DNA from: Eledone cirrhosa
Lineage: Eukaryota
Length of the DNA stretch: 64,000 nucleotides
NCBI GenBank assembly: GCA_964016885.1
Contig: OZ024740.1
Span: 401,388,001-401,452,000 of the forward strand
Reading direction: 5' to 3'
This document shows positions 45,901 through 61,520 of this stretch, one piece after another (position 1 is the stretch's first letter; each line of letters opens with the position of its first letter). A program made the position numbers and the translations under genes. The notes beneath the pieces were generated by a model, which did not search any database, had not been told where the DNA came from, and saw nothing but the letters and a program-made list of their open reading frames with translations.

Positions 45901-48900
45901 TAGAATATGTGCATCATAGAACACTATGTAGAATCAGTACAGTAGAGAACACTATGTAGAATCAGTACAGTATAGACTACTATCCAGAATCATTACAGTA
46001 TAGAACACTATGTAGAATCACTACAGTATAGAACACTATTTAGAATCAGTACAATATAGAACACTATGTAGAATATGTGCATCATAGAACACTATGTAGA
46101 ATCAGTACAGTAGAGAGCACTATGTAGAATCAGTTCAGTATATAAAACTATGTAGAATCAGTACAGTAGAGAGCACTATGTAGAATCAGTACAGCATAGA
46201 ACACTATGTAGATTCAGTACAGTATAGAACACTATGTAGAATCAGTACAACATAGAACACTATGTAGAAGCAGTACACTATAGAACACTATGTAGAATCA
46301 GTACAACATAGAACATTATTTATAATCAGTACATCATATAACACTATGTAGAATCAGTACAGTATAGAACACTATGTAGAATCAGTACAGTATAGACTAC
46401 TATGCAGAATCAGTACAGTATAGAACACTATGTAGAACCAGTACAACATAGAACACTATGTAGAATCAGTACAGTAGAGAGCACTATGTAGAATCAGTTC
46501 AGTATATAACACAATGTAGAATCAGTACAGTAGAGAGCACTATGTAGAATCAGTACAGCATAGAACACTATGTAGATTCAGTACAGTATAGAACACTATG
46601 TAAAATCAGTACAACATAGAACATTATGCAGAATCAGTACAGTATAGAACACTATGTGAATCAGTACAACATAGAACACTATGTAGAATCAGTACAGTAT
46701 AGAACACTATGTAGAATCAGTACAACATAGAACACTATGTAGATTCAGTACAGTATAGAACACTATGTAGAATCAGTACAACATAGAACACTATGTAGAT
46801 TCAGTACAGTATAGAACACTATGTAGAATCAGTACAGTATAGAACACTATGTAGAATTAGTACAGTATAGAACACTATGTAGAATCAGAACACTATAGAA
46901 CACTATATAGAATCAGTACAGTATAGAACACTATGTAAAATCAGTACAACATAGAACACTATGTAGAATCAATACAACATAGAACACTATGTAGAATCAG
47001 TACAGTAGAGAGCACTATGTAGAATCAGTACAACATAGAACACTATGTAGAATCAGCACAACATAGAAAACTATGTAGAACCAATACAACATAGAACACT
47101 ATGTAGAATGAGTACAACATAGACCACTATGTAGAATCAGTACTGTATAGAACACTATGTAGAATCAGTACAACATAGAACACTATGTAGAATCAGTACA
47201 GTATAGAACACTATGTAGATTCAGTACAGTATAGAACATTATGTAGAATCAGTACAGTATAGAACACTATGTAGAATCAGTACAGTATAGAACACTATGT
47301 AGAATCAGTACAACATAGAACACTATGTAGAATCTGTGCATCATAGAACACTATGTAGAATCAGTACAGTAGAGAGCACTATGTAAAATCAGGTCAACAT
47401 AGAACATTACGTAGAATCAGTACAACATAGAACACTATGTAGAATCAGTACAGTATAGAACACTATGTAGAATCAGTACAGTATATACCACTATGTAGAA
47501 TCACTAAAACATTGAACACTATGTAGAATCAACACAACATAGAACACTATGTAGAATCAGTACACTATAGAACACTATGTAGAATCAGTACAACATAGAA
47601 CACTATTTAGAATCAGTACAACATAGAACACTATGTAGAATCAGTACAGTATAGAACACTATGTAGAATCAGTACAGTATAGAACACTATGTAGAATCAG
47701 TACAACATAGAACACTATGTAGAATCTGTGCATCATAGAACATTATGTAGATTCAGTACAGTATAGAACACTATGCAGAATCAGTACAACATAGAACATT
47801 ATGTAGAAAAAGTAGATCATAGAAGACTATGTAGAATCAGTACAGTAGAGAGCACTATGTAAAATCAGTACAACATAGAACATTACGTAGAATCAGTACA
47901 ACATAGAACACTATGTAGAATCAGTACAGTATAGAACACTATGTAGAATCAGTACAGTATAGACCACTATGTAGAATCACTAAAACATTGAACACTATGT
48001 AGAATCAACACAACATAGAACACTATGTAGAATGAGTACACTATAGAACACTATGTAGAATCAGTACAACATAGAACACTATTTAGAATCAGTACAACAT
48101 AGAACACTATGTAGAATCAGTACAACATAGAACACTATGTAGAATCAGCACAGCATAGAACACTATGTAGAATCAGTACAGTATGGAACACTATGTAGAA
48201 TCAGTACAACATAGAACACTATGTATAATCAGTACAGTATAAACCACTATGTAGAATCACTAAAACATTGAACCCTATGTAGAATCAACACAACATAGAA
48301 CACTATGTAGAATCAATACAACATAGAACACTATGTAGAATCAGTACAACATAGAACACTATGTAGAATCAGTACAGTATAGTACACACTATGTAGAATC
48401 AGTACACCATAGAACATTATGTATCATCAGTACATCATATAACACTATGTAGTATCAGTATAGTATAGAACACTATGTAGAATCAGTACAGTAGAGAACA
48501 CTATGTAGAATCAGTACAGTATAGACTACTATCCAGAATCATTACAGTATAGAACACTATGTAGAATCACTACAGTATAGAACACTATTTAGAATCAGTA
48601 CAATATAGAACACTATGTAGAATATGTGCATCATAGAACACTATGTAGAATCAGTACAGTAGAGAGCACTATGTAGAATCAGTTCAGTATATAACACTAT
48701 GTAGAATCAGTACAGTAGAGAGCACTATGTAGAATCAGTACAGCATAGAACACTATGTAGATTCAGTACAGTATAGAACACTATGTAGAATCAGTACAAC
48801 ATAGAACACTATGTAGAATCAGTACACTATAGAACACTATGTAGAATCAGTACAACATAGAACATTATTTATAATCAGTACATCATATAACACTATGTAG

Positions 48901-51609
48901 AATCAGTACAGTATAGAACACTATGTAGAATCAGTACAGTATAGACTACTATGCAGAATCAGTACAGTATAGAACACTATGTCGAACCAGTACAACATAG
49001 AACACTATGTAGAATCAGTACAGTAGAGAGCGCTATGTAGAATCAGTTCAGTATATAACACTATGTAGAATCAGTACAGTAGAGAGCACTATGTAGAATC
49101 AGTACAGCATAGAACACTATGTAGATTCAGTACAGTATAGAACACTATGTAGAATCAGTACAACATAGAACACTATGTAGATTCAGTACAGTATAGAACA
49201 CTATGTAAAATCAGTACAACATAGAACATTATGCAGAATCAGTACAGTATAGAACACTATGTAGAATCAGTACAACATACAACACTATGTAGAATCAGTA
49301 CAGTATAGAACACTATGTAGAATCAGTACAGTATAGAACACTACGTAGAATCAGTACAGTATAGAACACTATGTAGAATCAGAACACTATAGAACACTAT
49401 ATAGAATCAGTACAGTATAGAACACTATGTAGAATCAGTACAGTAGAGAGCACTATATAGGATCAGTACAACATAGAACACTATGTAGATTCAGTACAGT
49501 ATAGAACACTATGTAGAATCAGTACAACATAGAACACTATGTAGATTCAGTACAGTATAGAACACTATGTAGAATCAGTACAACATAGAACACTATGTAG
49601 ATTCAGTACAGTATAGAACACTATGTAGAATCAGAACACTATAGAACACTATATAGAATCAGTACAGTATAGAACACTATGTAGAATCAGTACAGTATAG
49701 AACACTATGTAGGATTAGAACACCATAGAACACTATGTAAAATCAGTACAACATAGAACACTATGTAGAATCAATACAACATAGAACACTATGTAGAATC
49801 AGTACAGTAGAAAGCACTATGTAGAATCAGTACAACATAGAACACTATGTAGAATCAGCACAACATAGAAAACTATGTAGAACCAATACAACATAGAACA
49901 CTATGTAGAATGAGTACAACATAGACCACTATGTAGAATCAGTACTGTATAGAACACTATGTAGAATCAGTACAACATAGAACACTATGTAGAATCAGTA
50001 CAGTATAGAACACTATGTAGATTCAGTACAGTATAGAACATTATGTAGAATCAGTACAGTATAGAACACTATGTAGAATCAGTACAGTATAGAACACTAT
50101 GTAGAATCAGTACAACATAGAACACTATGTAGAATCTGTGCATCATAGAACACTATGTAGAATCAGTACAGTAGAGAGCACTATGTAAAATCAGTACAAC
50201 ATAGAACATTACGTAGAATCAGTACAACATAGAACACTATGTAGAATCAGTACAGTATAGAACACTATGTAGAATCAGTACAGTATAGACCACTATGTAG
50301 AATCACTAAAACATTGAACACTATGTAGAATCAACACAACATAAAACACTATGTAGAATCAGTACACTATAGAACACTATGTAGAATCAGTACAACATAG
50401 AACACTATTTAGAATCAGTACAACATAGAACACTATGTAGAATCAGTACAACATAGAACACTATGTATAATCAATACAACATAGAACACTATGTAGAATC
50501 AGTACAACATAGAACACTATGTAGAATCAGTACAGTATAGTACACACTATGTAGAATCAGTACAACATAGAACATTATGTATAATCAGTACATCATATAA
50601 CACTATGTAGAATCAGTACAGTATAGAACACTATGTAGAATCAGTACACTATAGAACACTATGTAGAATCAGTACGTTATAGAACACTATGTAGAATATG
50701 TGCATCATAGAACACTATGTAGAATCAGTACAGTAGAGAACACTATGTAGAATCAGTACAGTATAGTCTACTATCCAGAATCATTACAGTATAGAACACT
50801 ATGTAGAATCACTACAGTATAGAACACTATTTAGTATCAGTACAATATAGAACACTATGTAGAATCAGTAAGTATAGAACACTATGTAGAATCAGTACAG
50901 TATATGACACTATTTAGAATCAGTACACTATAGAACACTATGTAAAATCAGTACAACATAGAACACTATGTAGAATCGGTACAGTATAGAACACTATGTA
51001 GAATCAGTACAACATAGAACACTATGTAGAATATGTGCATCATAGAACACTATGTAGAATCAGTACAGTAGAGAACACTATATAGAATCAGTACAATATA
51101 GAACACTATGTAGAATCAGTACAACATAGAACACTATGTAGAATATGTGCATCATAGAACACTATGTAGAATCAGTACAGTAGAGAACACTATATAGAAT
51201 CAGTACAACATAGAACACTATATAGAATCAGTACAACATAGAACACTATGTAGAATCAGTACAACATAGAACACTATGTAGAATCAGTACAACATAGAAC
51301 AATATGTAGAATCAGTACAACATAGAACACTATGTAGAATCAGTACAGTATAGACTACTATCCAGAATCATTACAGTATAGAACACTATGTAGAATCACT
51401 ACAGTATAGAACACTATTTAGAATCAGTACAATATAGAACACTATGTAGAATCAGTAAGTATAGAACACTATGTAGAGTCAGTACAGTATAGAACACTAT
51501 GTAGAATCAGTACAACATAGAACACTATGTAGAATCAGTACAATATAGACTACTATGCAGAATCAGTACAGTATAGAACACTATGTAGTATCAGTACAAC
51601 ATAGAACAC

Positions 51610-52225
51610 TATGTATAATCAGTACAGTATAGACCACTATGTAGAATCACTAAAACATTGAACACTATGTAGAATCTACACAACATAGAACACAATGCAG
51701 AATCACTACACTATAGAACACTATGTAGAATCAGTACAACATAGAACACTATTTAGAATCAGCACAACATAGAACACTATGTAGAATCAATACAACATAG
51801 AACACTATGTAGAATCAGTACAACATAGAACACTATGTAGAATCAGTACACTATAGAACACTATGTAGAATCAGTACAACATAGAACTTTATGTATAATC
51901 AGTACAACATATAACACTATGTATAATCAGTACAGTATAGACCACTATGTAGAATCACTAAAACATTGAACACTATGTAGAATCTACACAACATAGAACA
52001 CAATGTAGAATCACTACACTATAGAACACTATGTAGAATCAGTACAACATAGAACACTATTTAGAATCAGCACAACATAGAACACTATGTAGAATCAATA
52101 AACATAGAACACTATGTAGAATCAGTACAACATAGAACACTATGTAGAATCAGTACACTATAGAACACTATGTAGAATCAGTACGACATAGAACTTTATG
52201 TATAATCAGTACAACATATAACACT
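51610..52225. repeat. Tandem duplication, period 308 bp (11 monomers)
   Basis: AATCTACACAAC at 51673/51981, with the same order of flanking variants (GACCAC, CACTAAAACATTG, CTATTTAG, GAACTTTATG). Confidence 0.85.
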
Positions 52226-54299
52226 ATGTAGAATCAGTACAGTATAGAACACTATGTAGAATCAGTACAGTATAGAACACTATGTAGAATCAGTACAACA
52301 TAGAACACTATGTAGAATCAGTACAATATAGAACACTATGTAGAATCAGTAAGTATAGAACACTATGTAGAATCAGTACAACATAGAACACTATGTAGAA
52401 TATGTGCATCATAGAACACTATGTAGAATCAGTACAGTAGAGAACACTATATAGAATCAGTACAATATAGAACACTATGTAGAATCAGTACAACATAGAA
52501 CACTATGTAGAATATGTGCATCATAGAACACTATGTAGAATCAGTACAGTAGAGAACACTATATAGAATCAGTACAACATAGAACACTATGTAGAATCAG
52601 TACAACATAGAACACTATGTAGAATCAGTACAACATAGAACAATATGTAGAATCAGTACAACATAGAACACCATTTAGATTCAACACAACATAGAACATT
52701 ACGTAGAATCAGTTCAACATAGAACACTATGTAGAATCAGTACAGTATAGAACACTATGTAGAATCAGTACAGTATATAACACTATATAGAATCAGTACA
52801 ATATAGAACACTATGTATAATCAGTATACTATAGACCACTATGTAGAATCACTAAAACATTGAACACTATGTAGAATCAACACAACATAGAACACTATGT
52901 AGAATCAGTACAACATAGAACACTATGTAGAATCAGCACAGCATAGAACACTATGTAGAATCAGTACAGTATAGAACACTATGTAGAATTAATACAACAG
53001 AGAACACTATGTAGAATCAGTACATTATAGACTACTATGCAGAATCAGTACAGTATAGAACACTATGTAGAATCAGTTCAACATAGAACATTATGTATAA
53101 TTAGTAAAACACAGAACACTATGTAGAATCAGTACAGCATAGAACACTATGTAGAATCAGTTCAACATAGAACACTATGTAGAATAAGTACAACATAGAA
53201 CACTATGTAGAATCAGTACAATATAGAACACTATGTATAATCAGTACAGTAGAGAGCACAATGTAGAATCAGTACAACATAGAAAACTATGTAGAACCAA
53301 AACAACATAGAACACTATGTAGAATGAGTACAGCATAGACCACTATGTAGAATCAGTACTGTATAAACACTATGTAGAATCAGTACAACATAGAACACTA
53401 TCTAGAATCAGTACAGTATAGAACACTATGTAGATTCAGTACAGTATAGAACATTATGTAGAATCAGTACAGTATAGAACACTATGTAGAATCACTACAG
53501 TATAGAACACTATGTAGAATCAGTACAACATAGAACACTATGTAGAATCTGTGCATCATAGAACACTATGTAGAATCAGTACAGTAGAGTACACTATGTA
53601 GAATCAGTACAGTATATAACACTATGTAGAATCAGTACAACATAGAACACTATGTATAATCAGTACTGTATAGAACACTATGTAAAATCAGTACAACATA
53701 GAACACTATGTAGAATCAGTACAACATAGAACACTATGTAGATTCAGTACAGTATAGAACACTATGCAGAATCAGTACAACGTAGAACATTATGTAGAAA
53801 AAGTAGATCATAGAAGACTATGTAGAATCAGTACAGTAGAGAGCACTATGTAAAATCAGTACAACATATAACATTACGTAGAATCAGTACAACATAGAAC
53901 ACTATGTAGAATCAGTACATTATATAACACTATGTAGAATCAGAACAGTATAGACCACTATGTAGAATCACTAAAACATTGAACACTATGTAGAATCAAC
54001 ACAACATAGAACACTATGTAGAATCAGTACACTATAGAACACTATGTAGAATCAGTACAACATAGAACACTATGTAGAATCAGTACAACATAGAACAATA
54101 TGTAGAATCAGTACAACATAGAACACCATTTAGATTCAACACAACATAGAACATTACGTAGAATCAGTTCAACATAGAACACTATTTAGAATCAGTACAA
54201 CATAGAACACTATGTAGAATCAGTACAACATAGAACACTATGTAGAATCAGCACAGCATAGAACACTATGTAGAATCAGTACAGTATAGAACACTATGT

Positions 54300-57200
54300 A
54301 GAATCAGTACAACATAGAACACTATGTAGAATCAGTACAGTATAGACAACTATGCAGAATCAGTTCAGTATAGAACACTATGTAGAATCAGTACAACATA
54401 GAACACTATGTAGAATATGTGCATCATAGAACACTATGTAGAATCAGTACAGTAGAGAACACTATATAGAATCAGTACAACATAGAACACTATATAGAAT
54501 CAGTACAACATAGAACACTATGTAGAATCAGTACAACATAGAACACTATGTAGAATCAGTACAACATAGAACAATATGTAGAATCAGTACAACATAGAAC
54601 AGCATTTAGATTCAACACAACATAGAACATTACGTAGAATCAGTTCAACATAGAACACTATGTAGAATCAGTACAGTATAGAACACTATGTAGAATCAGT
54701 ACAGTATATAACACTATATAGAATCAGTATAATATAGAACACTATGTATAATCAGTACAGTATAGACTACTATCCAGAATCATTACAGTATAGAACACTA
54801 TGTAGAATCACTACAGTATAGAACACTATTTAGAATCAGTACAATATAGAACACTATGTAGAATCAGTAAGTATAGAACACTATGTAGAGTCAGTACAGT
54901 ATAGAACACTATGTAGAATCAGTACAACATAGAACACTACGTAGAATCAGTACAATATAGACTACTATGCAGAATCAGTACAGTATAGAACACTATGTAG
55001 TATCAGTACAACATAGAACACTATGTATAATCAGTACAGTATAGACCACTATGTAGAATCACTAAAACATTGAACACTATGTAGAATCTACACAACATAG
55101 AACACAATGTAGAATCACTACACTATAGAACACTATGTAGAATCAGTATAACATAGAACACTATGTAGAATCAGTACACTATAGAACACTATGTAGAATC
55201 AGTACAACATAGAACTTTATGTATAATCAGTACAACATACAACACTATGTAGAATCAGTACAGTATAGAACACTATGTAGAATCAGTACTGTATAGAACA
55301 CGATGTAGAATCAGTACATTATAGAACACTATGTAGAATATGTGCATCATAGAACACTATGTAGAATCAGTACAGTAGAGAACACTATGTAGAAACAGTA
55401 CAGTTTAGACTACTATGCAGAATCAGTACAGTGTAGAACACTATGTAGAATCACTACAGTATAGAACACTATGTAGAATCAGTACAATATAGAACACTAT
55501 GTAGAATCAGTAAGTATAGAACACTATGTAGATTCAGTACAGTATATGACACTATTTAGAATCAGTACACTATAGAACACTATGTAAAATTAGTACAACA
55601 TAGAACACTATGTAGAATCGGTACAGTAGAGAACACTATGTAGAATCAGTACAACATAGAACACTATGTAGAATATGTGCATCATAGAACACTATGTAGA
55701 ATCAGTACAGTAGAGAACACTATATAGAATCAGTACAATATAGAACACTATGTAGAATCAGTACAACATAGAACACTATGTAGAATATGTGCATCATAGA
55801 ACACTATGTAGAATCAGTGCAGTAGAGAACACTATATAGAATCAGTACAACATAGAACACTATGTAGAATCAGTACAACATAGAACACTATGCAGAATCA
55901 GTACAACATAGAACAATATGTAGAATCAGTACAACATAGAACACCATTTAGATTCAACACAACATAGAACATTACGTAGAATCAGTTCAACATAGAACAC
56001 TATGTAGAATCAGTACAGTATATAACACTATGTAGAAACAGTACAGTTTAGACTACTATGCAGAATCAGTACAGTGTAGAACACTATGTAGAATCACTAC
56101 AGTATAGAACACTATGTAGAATCAGTACAATATAGAACACTATGTAGAATCAGTAAGTATAGAACACTATGTAGAATCAGTACAGTATATGACACTATTT
56201 AGAATCAGTACACTATAGAACACTATGTAAAATCAGTACAACATAGAACACTATGTAGAATCGGTACAGTATAGAACACTATGTAGAATCAGAACAACAT
56301 AGAACACTATGTAGAATCAGTACAACATAGAACACTATGTAGAATCAGTACAACATAGAACACTATGTAGAATCAGTACAACATAGAACAATATGTAGAA
56401 TCAGTACAACATAGAACACCATTTAGATTCAACACAACATAGAACATTACGTAGAATCAGTTCAACATAGAACACTATGTAGAATCAGTACAGTATAGAA
56501 CACTATGTAGAATCAGTACAGTATATAACACTATATAGAATCAGTACAATATAGAACACTATGTATAATCAGTAAAGTATAGACCACTATGTAGAATCAC
56601 TAAAACATTGAACACTATGTAGAATCAACACAACATAGAACACTATGTAGAATTAGTACACTATAGAACACTATGTAGAATCAGTAAAACATAGAACACT
56701 ATGTAGAATCAGTACAACATAGAACACTATGTAGAATCAGTACAACATATAACACTATGTAGAATCAGCACAGCATAGAACACTATGTAGAATCAGTACA
56801 GTATAGAACACTATGTAGAATTAATACAACAGAGAACACTATGTAGAATCAGTACATTATAGACTACTATGCAGAATCAGTACAGTATATAACACTGTGT
56901 AGAATCAGTTCAACATAGAACACTATGTATAATTAGTAAAACACAGAACACTATGTAGAATCAGTACAGTATAGAACACTATGTAGAATCAGTTCAACAT
57001 AGAACACTATGTAGAATAAGTACAACATAGAACACTATGTAGAATGAGTACAACATAGACCACTATGTAGAATCAGTACTGTATAAACACTATGTAGAAT
57101 CAGTACAACATAGAACACTATGTAGAATCAGTACAATATAGAACACTATGTATAATCAGTACAGTAGAGAGCACTATGTAGAATCAGTACAACATAGAAA

Positions 57201-60200
57201 ACTATGTAGAACCAATACAACATAGAACACTATGTAGAATGAGTACAACATAGACCACTATGTAGAATCAGTACTGTATAAACACTATGTAGAATCAGTA
57301 CAACATAGAACACTATGTAGAATCAGAACAGTATAGAACACTATGTAGATTCAGTACAGTATAGAACATTATGTAGAATCAGTACAGTATAGAACACTAT
57401 GTAGAATCAGTACAGTATAGAACACTATGTAGAATCAGTACAACATAGAACACTATGTAGAATCTGTGCATCATAGAACACTATGTAGAATCAGTACAGT
57501 AGAGTACACTATGTAGAATCAGTACGGTATATAACACTATGTAGAATCAGTACAACATAGAACACTATGTATAATCAGTACTGTATAGAACACTATGTAA
57601 AATCAGTACAACATAGAACACTATGTAGAATCAGTACAACATAGAACACTCTGTAGATTCAGTACAGTATAGAACACTATGCAGAATCAGTACAACATAG
57701 AACATTATGTAGAAAAAGTAGATCATAGAAGACTATGTAGAATCAGTACAGTAGAGAGCACTATGTAAAATCAGTACAACATAGAATATTACGTAGAATC
57801 AGTACAACATAGAACACTATGTAGAATCAGTACAGTATAGAACACTATGTAGAATCAGTACAGTATAGACCACTATGTAGAATCACTAAAACAATGAACA
57901 CTATGTAGAATCAACACAACATAGAACACTATGTAGAATCAGTACACTATAGAACACTATGTAGAATCAGTACAACATAGAACACTATTTAGAATCAGTA
58001 CAACATAGAACACTATGTAGAATCAGTACAACATAGAACACTATGTAGAATCAGCACAGCATAGAACACTATGTAGAATCAGTACAGTATAGAACACTAT
58101 GTAGAATCAGTACAACATAGAACACTATGTAGAATCAGTACAGTATAGACAACTATGCAGAATCAGTTCAGTATAGAACACTATGTAGAATCAGTACAAC
58201 ATAGAACACTATGTATAATCAGTACAGTATAAACCACTATGTAGAATCACTAAAACATTGAACCCTATGTAGAATCAACACAACATAGAACACTATGTAT
58301 CATCAATACAACATAGAACACTATGCAGAATCAGTACAACATAGAACACTATGTAGAATCAGTACAGTATAGTACACACTATGTAGAATCATTACAACAT
58401 AGAACATTATGTATAATCAGTACATCATATAACACTATGTAGAATCAGTACAGTATAGAACACTATGTAGAATCAGTACACTATAGAACACTATGTAGAA
58501 TCAGTACGTTATAGAACACTATGTAGAATATGTGCATCATAGAACACTATGTAGAATCAGTACAGTAGATAACACTATGTAGAATCAGTACAGTATAGAC
58601 TACTATCCAGAATCATTACAGTATAGAACACTATGTAGAATCACTACAGTATAGAACACTATTTAGAATCAGTACAATATAGAACACTATGTAGAATCAG
58701 TAAGTATAGAACACTATGTAGAATCAGTACAGTATAGAACACTATGTAGAATCAGTACAACATAGAACACTATGTAGAATCAGTACAGTATAGACTACTA
58801 TGCAGAATCAGTACAGTATAGAACACTATGTAGTATCAGTACAACATAGAACACTATGTATAATCAGTACAGTATAGACCACTATGTAGAATCACTAAAA
58901 CATTGAACACTATGTAGAATCAACACAACATAGAACACAATGTAGAATCACTACACTATAGAACACTATGTAGAATCAGTACAACATAGAACACTATTTA
59001 GAATCAGCACAACATAGAACACTATGTAGAATCAGTACACTATAGAACACTATGTAGAATCAGTACAAGATAGAACTTTATGTATAATCAGTACAACATA
59101 TAACACTATGTAGAATCAGTACAATATAGAACACTATGTAGAATCAGTACAGTATAGAACACGATGTAGAATCAGCACATTATAGAACACTATGTAGAAT
59201 ATGTGCATCATAGAACACTATGTAGAATTAGTACAGTAGAGAACACTATGTAGAAACAGTACAGTTTAGACTACTATGCAGAATCAGTACAGTGTAGAAC
59301 ACTATGTAGAATCACTACAGTATAGAACACTATGTAGAATCAGTACAATATAGAACACTATGTAGAATCAGTAAGTATAGAACACTATGTAGAATCAGTA
59401 CAGTATATGACACTATTTAGAATCAGTACACTATAGAACACTATGTAAAATCAGTACAACATAGAACACTATGTAGAATCAGTACAGTATAGACAACTAT
59501 GCAGAATGAGTTCAGTATAGAACACTATGTAGAATCAGTACAACATAGAACACTATGTAGAATCAGTACAGTATAGACAACTATGCAGAATCAGTTCAGT
59601 ATAGAACACTATGTAGAATCAGTACAACATAGAACACTATGTAGAATATGTGCATCATAGAACACTATGTAGAATCAGTACAGTAGAGAACACTATATAG
59701 AATCAGTACAACATAGAACACTATATAGAATCAGTACAACATAGAACACTATGTAGAATCAGTACAACATAGAACACTATGTAGAATCAGTACAACATAG
59801 AACAATATGTAGAATCAGTACAACATAGAACAGCATTTAGATTCAACACAACATAGAACATTACGTAGAATCAGTTCAACATAGAACACTATGTAGAATC
59901 AGTACAGTATAGAACACTATGTAGAATCAGTACAGTATATAACACTATATAGAATCAGTATAATATAGAACACTATGTATAATCAGTACAGTATAGACTA
60001 CTATCCAGAATCATTACAGTATAGAACACTATGTAGAATCACTACAGTATAGAACACTATTTAGAATCAGTACAATATAGAACACTATGTAGAATCAGTA
60101 AGTATAGAACACTATGTAGAGTCAGTACAGTATAGAACACTATGTAGAATCAGTACAACATAGAACACTACGTAGAATCAGTACAATATAGACTACTATG

Positions 60201-61520
60201 CAGAATCAGTACAGTATAGAACACTATGTAGTATCAGTACAACATAGAACACTATGTATAATCAGTACAGTATAGACCACTATGTAGAATCACTAAAACA
60301 TTGAACACTATGTAGAATCTACACAACATAGAACACAATGTAGAATCACTACACTATAGAACACTATGTAGAATCAGTATAACATAGAACACTATGTAGA
60401 ATCAGTACACTATAGAACACTATGTAGAATCAGTACAACATAGAACTTTATGTATAATCAGTACAACATACAACACTATGTAGAATCAGTACAGTATAGA
60501 ACACTATGTAGAATCAGTACTGTATAGAACACGATGTAGAATCAGTACATTATAGAACACTATGTAGAATATGTGCATCATAGAACACTATGTAGAATCA
60601 GTACAGTAGAGAACACTATGTAGAAACAGTACAGTTTAGACTACTATGCAGAATCAGTACAGTGTAGAACACTATGTAGAATCACTACAGTATAGAACAC
60701 TATGTAGAATCAGTACAATATAGAACACTATGTAGAATCAGTAAGTATAGAACACTATGTAGAATCAGTACAGTATATGACACTATTTAGAATCAGTACA
60801 CTATAGAACACTATGTAAAATTAGTACAACATAGAACACTATGTAGAATCGGTACAGTAGAGAACACTATGTAGAATCAGTACAGCATAGAACACTATGT
60901 AGAATATGTGCATCATAGAACACTATGTAGAATCAGTACAGTAGAGAACACTATATAGAATCAGTACAATATAGAACACTATGTAGAATCAGTACAACAT
61001 AGAACACTATGTAGAATATGTGCATCATAGAACACTATGTAGAATCAGTACAGTAGAGAACACTATATAGAATCAGTACAACATAGAACACTATGTAGAA
61101 TCAGTACAACATAGAACACTATGCAGAATCAGTACAACATAGAACAATATGTAGAATCAGTACAACATAGAACACCATTTAGATTCAACACAACATAGAA
61201 CATTACGTAGAATCAGTTCAACATAGAACACTATGTAGAATCAGTACAGTATATAACACTATGTAGAAACAGTACAGTTTAGACTACTATGCAGAATCAG
61301 TACAGTGTAGAACACTATGTAGAATCACTACAGTATAGAACACTATGTAGAATCAGTACAATATAGAACACTATGTAGAATCAGTAAGTATAGAACACTA
61401 TGTAGAATCAGTACAGTATATGACACTATTTAGAATCAGTACACTATAGAACACTATGTAAAATCAGTACAACATAGAACACTATGTAGAATCGGTACAG
61501 TATAGAACACTATGTAGAAT
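54300..61520. repeat. Spaced block duplication, offset 5231 bp; copies ~54300-56290 and ~59530-61520
   Basis: AGCATTTAG 54601/59832 and CTACGTAG (C at 54940/60171). 5231 = 187x28 - 5, which matches seven 1-bp deletions plus one 2-bp insertion in the interval. Confidence 0.88.
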
